Assembly: GCF_002087085.1 (NCBI RefSeq)
Contig: NZ_MWQY01000002.1
Coordinates: 186,001 to 250,000 of the forward strand
DNA: 64,000 bases
Reading direction: 5' to 3'
Under the pieces are notes generated by a model, which did not search any database, had not been told where the DNA came from, and worked only from the letters and a program-made list of their open reading frames with translations. How positions within the stretch are numbered: position 1 is the stretch's first letter; each line of letters starts with the position of its first letter. This document shows positions 59,210 to 64,000 of this stretch, piece by piece. The translations under genes were made by a program, and so were the position numbers.

Positions 59210-60385
59210 ATGAGCAAGCAGGAATCAAAAACACGCTGTATCGGTATCCTTACCTCCGGCGGGGACTGCCCGGGTCTTAATGCGGCCATCCGCGGAGTGG
59301 CCAAGGCTGCCATTAACCGCTACGGAATGAAGGTAATCGGGTTCCAGGACGGCTTCCGGGGCCTTGTGGAAAACCGAAGCATTATTCTTGACGACCGCAA
59401 CGTCTCCGGGCTCCTGACCATGGGCGGAACGATTCTCGGCACCAGCCGGGACAAACCCCACAAGATGCCCATCGGGGGTAAAAAGCAGGATATGACCGCC
59501 GCGGCGGTGGAGAACATCAAGCGTCACCAGATTGACTGCCTCGTATGCCTGGGGGGCGGGGGCACCCAGAAGAACGCCTATCACCTCCACAAAAAGGGGG
59601 GAATTAATGTACTGACCCTGCCCAAGACCATCGACAACGATGTAGCCCGGACGGACACCACCTTCGGTTTCGATACCGCCATGTCCATTGCAACCGAAGC
59701 CATCGACCGCCTTCATACCACCGCAACCAGCCATCACCGCATCATTGTCTGCGAGATCATGGGTAACAACGCCGGCTGGCTGGCCCTGGGATCGGGAATC
59801 GCCGGCGGAGCGGACGTAATTCTTATTCCCGAAATTCCCTACAACCTGCATGCCGTAGCCGAGCACCTGATGGAACGCCGCCGCACGGGCAAGCGTTTCT
59901 CCATCATCGCCATTGCCGAAGGGGCCAAATCCGTGGAGGAAGCGCAGGCCATCGCTGAAGGAAAGACCAGGAAGACCTCTCCCAGACGAGAGGAGGTTAA
60001 ATTCGACGAGCACGGTTTTGCCTATCATCCGGTAAAAGAGCCCAAGGCCTCCCAGCTGACCCGGCAGATCCAGGAACTGACGGGGATCGAGGCCCGGGTG
60101 ACCTTTCTTGGTCACGTTCAGCGGGGCGGAATTCCATCCCCCACGGACAGGCTCTACAGCACCCTCCTGGGAACCAAGGCCGCGGAACTGCTGGCCCGGG
60201 GGGAATACAACGTTATGGTTGCCATAAAGGGAAGAAGCTGCCAGGCGGTTCCGCTGAAAAGTGTGGCGGGAAAAAAGAAGCTCGTGCCCCTGGACCACCC
60301 CTGGATCCAGAGCGCCATGCTCGTGGGCACCTGCCTTGGGGACCGCAGCATAATCGCGGAACCGCAGAGGGAAGAGGAAGAATAA
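59210..60385 (+). CDS. pfkA: 6-phosphofructokinase (ATP-type signature)
   Basis: [53 protein letters not shown]. Confidence 0.92.
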   Translation: MSKQESKTRCIGILTSGGDCPGLNAAIRGVAKAAINRYGMKVIGFQDGFRGLVENRSIILDDRNVSGLLTMGGTILGTSRDKPHKMPIGGKKQDMTAAAVENIKRHQIDCLVCLGGGGTQKNAYHLHKKGGINVLTLPKTIDNDVARTDTTFGFDTAMSIATEAIDRLHTTATSHHRIIVCEIMGNNAGWLALGSGIAGGADVILIPEIPYNLHAVAEHLMERRRTGKRFSIIAIAEGAKSVEEAQAIAEGKTRKTSPRREEVKFDEHGFAYHPVKEPKASQLTRQIQELTGIEARVTFLGHVQRGGIPSPTDRLYSTLLGTKAAELLARGEYNVMVAIKGRSCQAVPLKSVAGKKKLVPLDHPWIQSAMLVGTCLGDRSIIAEPQREEEE

Positions 60386-60403
60386 AGAGGAATAAGAGTT
60401 GAG

Positions 60404-61585
60404 TTATCTGTGCGGATCCGCCAGTATCCGCAGCTCCCCCTCCCCCGGAGGCAGATCGATCAGATACCTGTCCACTACTTTCCCCTCCGCCTGACGGGTA
60501 AAGGCCAGAGGCCTCCCCGTCTCCGTCTCATCCACCCGTTTTATCCGGAAGTTTTGTCCGATTTCCACCACCAGGGTCAGCCTCTGGTTGTAAATTCCGG
60601 GATCCAGGGCCGAGGAATAGTCGACGGAAATCACCCGCCCTGCCCTGGCTGTTTCCAGGACCAGGGCATCCCGCTGCATAACATAGCGGGCCGCCTCGCC
60701 GAAGGGGGCGAACCAGATATCCTGCTCTTTAAGGCTGTCCAGAATCCGGCGGAAGACCTCCAGGCTGAGGGCCTCCCATCCCAGGGCGGAGGAATCGATG
60801 GTGCCGTCGTCAACGCCGTGGAAATTCGGTATCAGCCATCCTCCCCTGGAATAGACCTCTTCCAGAATGGGACGCAGCTCCGCCTCACCGTCGGAGGAGA
60901 GAATCCCCCTGGCCCCGATCCGGTAAATGTTCTCCGGGCTCCCCCCGTTGACTCCGCCGTAAAACCAGTCCTCCGGTCCCGCTTTGACTCCCCCGGCTCT
61001 GGCGGCGATGTACAGTTTTTCTGCCAGGGCAACCGCTTCCTCGGAACTGCGCCAGTAGGGCCAGCCGAGACTGACGGCGGGAACCCAGGGCAGCTCATCC
61101 ATCAGTCTCTCCCGGGACCGGGACAGTTCCTCTGCCGCCTCTGCGGGATTTGCGGCAAGATCGATGTGGTGAACCGTGTGGCTCGCGACTTCGTGCCCCC
61201 GCCATGCCAGGTCCCGGGCCTGTTCCCAGCTGAATAGCCGCCGCAGGAAGGGGCCGTCCTGCCAGGCTCCCCGGTCCACAAAACCCGTTACAACGAAAAA
61301 GGTTCCCCGGATGCCCCGTTTATCCAGTTCCGGTGCCGCCACGGCATACTGGTCCAGGGTACCGTCGTCAAAGGTAAGGGAACAGGCGGCGGCATGATCC
61401 TTGTACCATCTTGCGGGATAGATTCGAAGAGGTGTCGGCTCCTCCTCTGCCCTGGTGCCGGCTCCGGAAATCCCGGCACAGGAGAACAGGAGGATGCAGC
61501 AGATCAGTGCAAGGATTCCTTTAAGGCAGGAAATAATCCTCCGGAGCCTGATCCAGGTCCCAGAATTTAATCTGATAATACTCAT
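60404..61585 (-). CDS. Polysaccharide deacetylase (CE4) lipoprotein
   Basis: Lipobox LFSC; SLTFDDG, HEVASHTVHH, WPY; start uncertain because it overlaps the upstream gene. Confidence 0.8.
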   Translation of the reverse strand: MSIIRLNSGTWIRLRRIISCLKGILALICCILLFSCAGISGAGTRAEEEPTPLRIYPARWYKDHAAACSLTFDDGTLDQYAVAAPELDKRGIRGTFFVVTGFVDRGAWQDGPFLRRLFSWEQARDLAWRGHEVASHTVHHIDLAANPAEAAEELSRSRERLMDELPWVPAVSLGWPYWRSSEEAVALAEKLYIAARAGGVKAGPEDWFYGGVNGGSPENIYRIGARGILSSDGEAELRPILEEVYSRGGWLIPNFHGVDDGTIDSSALGWEALSLEVFRRILDSLKEQDIWFAPFGEAARYVMQRDALVLETARAGRVISVDYSSALDPGIYNQRLTLVVEIGQNFRIKRVDETETGRPLAFTRQAEGKVVDRYLIDLPPGEGELRILADPHR

Positions 61586-62801
61586 GGTCGTATTCCTCTA
61601 TCATTTGAACAGCAAACAGCGAAGCGTCTGCCTGGGTAGCATGGGATTCCAGGGCCTGTCGCTGAATATCGGTGACCCCGGCCCGGGGAAAGGCTGCTGC
61701 ATCGGGATAGAACTCTTTCTGCCGCGGGTCGACACTCACAAGATGGGCCAGCGGAAACGCAAGCTTTTCCTGCCGCAGTCTGGAGACTGCCTCCGCCACT
61801 ACCAGTCCCACTGCTTCATGCTCAAAGTGCTCCCGGGCCGGGGAAGGTCCATCCGGCGATACCACAACAGCAGGTTCGAATCTGCGGATAAGCGTCTCGA
61901 TCTGACTGACCAGGCTCTCCTCTCCCCCCCAGATCATCATTACCTCCCGGGGACTCATCTCCTGGCTGATACTGTTGTAGGGATGGTTCTTCAACCCCAG
62001 GCGCAGATACCAGTCGTTTCCGAGAAGGCCGAGAGCCCGCTGTACCTCCGCGAGCCGCAGGGTGGAAAGATCCCCCCGGGGTCCGGCGTATCCTTCCTGA
62101 AAAATCCCGGATTCCCCGTCGGTAAAGAGAACAAGGGCCGTATCAAGGTCCTTAAGGTCACAGTGGGCCATGAGGGCGCCAAAGTCGATGGACTCATCGT
62201 CCGGATGGGCATGGATAAAGAGTATATCCGCCCTTTCTCCCGGCTCCTTACCGGACAAGGAACTGAGGTCGTCAGTTTCCGGCAGCAGAGCGGCGGTTTC
62301 CACACCGGGCTGCGTCCCTGTTTCCCGGGGAACATGAAAATTGGCAAAAAATGCAGAAAGCCCGACGCTTATTCCAAGAACGAGAACGACAACTGCGGCA
62401 GCGGGCTTCCAGGGGAATCCCGGCCCCGACAGGACCTCCTGATGCTCTTCGAAAAAGCCCGTAAAGCTGATCTTCAGCTTTCCATAGCGGAGAAAGGAGC
62501 CCTGACTCAGTCTGCCTGAACGTCCTTCGACACCGGCAATCAGAATCCTCCTGCGGGAACTGACCCGGAGGCTTCCGCCTTCGGGGGCGAAGCAGAGTTC
62601 ATCGGAGTACCGGGGACCTTTCCCCGGAACAGCGATAAAATGGCGCAGATCAATGTCGCTTTCATGGGAAAAACCGCAGCAGAATCTCTCGACAGGCAGA
62701 TCGACTACATGCCAGACGCCATCGGGAGCATCCAGCCGTATACGAAGGTACCGACGCATTATGGCTGAGGATCTCGTTGTGAACAGTTTCGGCAGCTGCA
62801 T
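61521..62801 (-). CDS. PIG-L/LmbE-family deacetylase, membrane anchored
   Basis: FIHAHPDDES, FTDGE, R..E...A, HFEH, HATQ; TM helix before the catalytic domain. Confidence 0.82.
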   Translation of the reverse strand: MQLPKLFTTRSSAIMRRYLRIRLDAPDGVWHVVDLPVERFCCGFSHESDIDLRHFIAVPGKGPRYSDELCFAPEGGSLRVSSRRRILIAGVEGRSGRLSQGSFLRYGKLKISFTGFFEEHQEVLSGPGFPWKPAAAVVVLVLGISVGLSAFFANFHVPRETGTQPGVETAALLPETDDLSSLSGKEPGERADILFIHAHPDDESIDFGALMAHCDLKDLDTALVLFTDGESGIFQEGYAGPRGDLSTLRLAEVQRALGLLGNDWYLRLGLKNHPYNSISQEMSPREVMMIWGGEESLVSQIETLIRRFEPAVVVSPDGPSPAREHFEHEAVGLVVAEAVSRLRQEKLAFPLAHLVSVDPRQKEFYPDAAAFPRAGVTDIQRQALESHATQADASLFAVQMIEEYDHEYYQIKFWDLDQAPEDYFLP

Positions 62802-62864
62802 ATACGAAAAATGCCGGGACCTTACGACCCCGGCACTGTAACTATTCTTGGGAACAGTACAGAA

Positions 62865-63503
62865 TTACATGCCGAAACTGGCAGCCATTCCGTTGGTTCG
62901 AAGGGCTATCCATTCGCCCTTCATGGGTTTGCCGTCTCCGATGTCAAAATAGACATAGTATCCGGGATACAGGTCACTGTAGATTCTCACCCGGCCGGTT
63001 AAACCGTTTACAACGATCCGCACAGGTACCTCGGTATCAAGGTTTTCCGCATTCAGCAGATAGGCGTATTTATTCAGATCGATGCTCTTGACCAGGTCCA
63101 TTCTGGTATGGCTGACACTGTGATACACCTGAGCGCTTAAACCTTTGGGTATATTGTCAGAAACAGGATCCGCATCATAGTTCAGCCATAACAGATAGGA
63201 TTTTCCGCTTCCCCAGGATTTGCGGGGATGAACAGAATCGGCAAAAACGTGTATGCCGAATCCACCGTGCAGGTCCTCTCCGCCTCCCTCGTAACGAACA
63301 TTGAAAGCGTAAACCATCGGCCCGGCCTGGGGGATTCTGATGTTTGCCTTCGCCAGTGGTTCATCCTCATCCATCTGGTAAAGACGGTCCCCCAAAAGCT
63401 TCCAATCTCCCTGGGCAAACTGATGTTCCGGCATGGGAAAATCCAGACCGAACATCGGGATCAGCAGTCCCAGGATTGCGAAAAGGGTTATAACCTTCTT
63501 CAT
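62865..63503 (-). CDS. Hypothetical exported beta-sandwich protein
   Basis: Signal peptide, beta-rich; GAAGGTG SD-like sequence upstream. Confidence 0.65.
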   Translation of the reverse strand: MKKVITLFAILGLLIPMFGLDFPMPEHQFAQGDWKLLGDRLYQMDEDEPLAKANIRIPQAGPMVYAFNVRYEGGGEDLHGGFGIHVFADSVHPRKSWGSGKSYLLWLNYDADPVSDNIPKGLSAQVYHSVSHTRMDLVKSIDLNKYAYLLNAENLDTEVPVRIVVNGLTGRVRIYSDLYPGYYVYFDIGDGKPMKGEWIALRTNGMAASFGM

Positions 63504-63704
63504 AATGCTTCACCTTCCTCTCTATGTATTGAAGTATATTAATCAGACTTCTTCTATGGTAGGTCACTCCCCGGATGTCGTCAAGTTTTTTTTCCGCAAG
63601 TTCTTTCCATAAGAGGCGGAGATTCCCGCACAACTTGCCTCGAGGTACTCCCCTCCACTACTTTATACGTATAGAGAAAGATACTACACGCAAGGAGCGC
63701 GCTG

Positions 63705-64000
63705 ATGAAACAGACAATTTCCTGTGAGTGGAAGGGAGAGATGGCCTTTGAAAGCAGATTGGGAAATCACACGGTCCGTATGGACGCCGATGCCGAATCG
63801 GGAGGCAGCGACAGCGGGGTACGTCCCAAACCGCTTCTCCTGACAGCCCTGGCAGGCTGTTCCGGTATGGATGTGGCCGCCATGCTGTCGAAGATGAGAC
63901 AGCCTTTAAGCTTCTTTAACATGCAAGTCGATGCTGAGACCAGTGAAGAACATCCCAAAACCTATACCCGTATTGAGCTGGTCTATCAATTCAAAAAATC
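63705..64000 (+). CDS. OsmC/YhfA-family protein (truncated at window end)
   Basis: Translated by hand: MKQTISCEWKGEMAFES...MDA....GG.DSGVRPKPLLLTALAGCSGMDV; AAGGAG SD. Confidence 0.85.
   Translation, partial: MKQTISCEWKGEMAFESRLGNHTVRMDADAESGGSDSGVRPKPLLLTALAGCSGMDVAAMLSKMRQPLSFFNMQVDAETSEEHPKTYTRIELVYQFKK

Overview
GC-rich (roughly 55-60% by eye) bacterial chromosomal window. The gene content and order suggest a free-living spirochaete (Spirochaetaceae-like; inferred, not proven). Housekeeping and known genes: rimO, rodZ-like, lolA, pyrH, ptsH, dksA, infA, a moxR-bat operon, argJ, rph, gdhA, pfkA, tRNA-Leu(CAA) and tRNA-Arg(CCT). Notable accessory structure: (i) a complete group IIC intron (8014-9912, minus) inserted antisense into an exported-protein gene at a cryptic terminator-like hairpin; (ii) both tRNA genes are followed by non-coding elements built from sense and antisense copies of that same tRNA's 3' half plus hairpin modules, which after tRNA-Arg form four 136-bp units with swapped hairpin cassettes; (iii) a translationally coupled three-gene surface module (2452-aa secreted protein, multi-FN3 protein, beta-barrel) next to a diguanylate cyclase and a TPR gene frameshifted at G8; (iv) an NrpR-gdhA-KaiC-like/PPDK_N cluster; (v) a K+ channel-cNMP-Hpt-Hpt/REC operon with no kinase; (vi) a motif-degenerate DEAD-box protein; (vii) many apparently leaderless genes. 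All calls come from reading motifs; no database searches were run.
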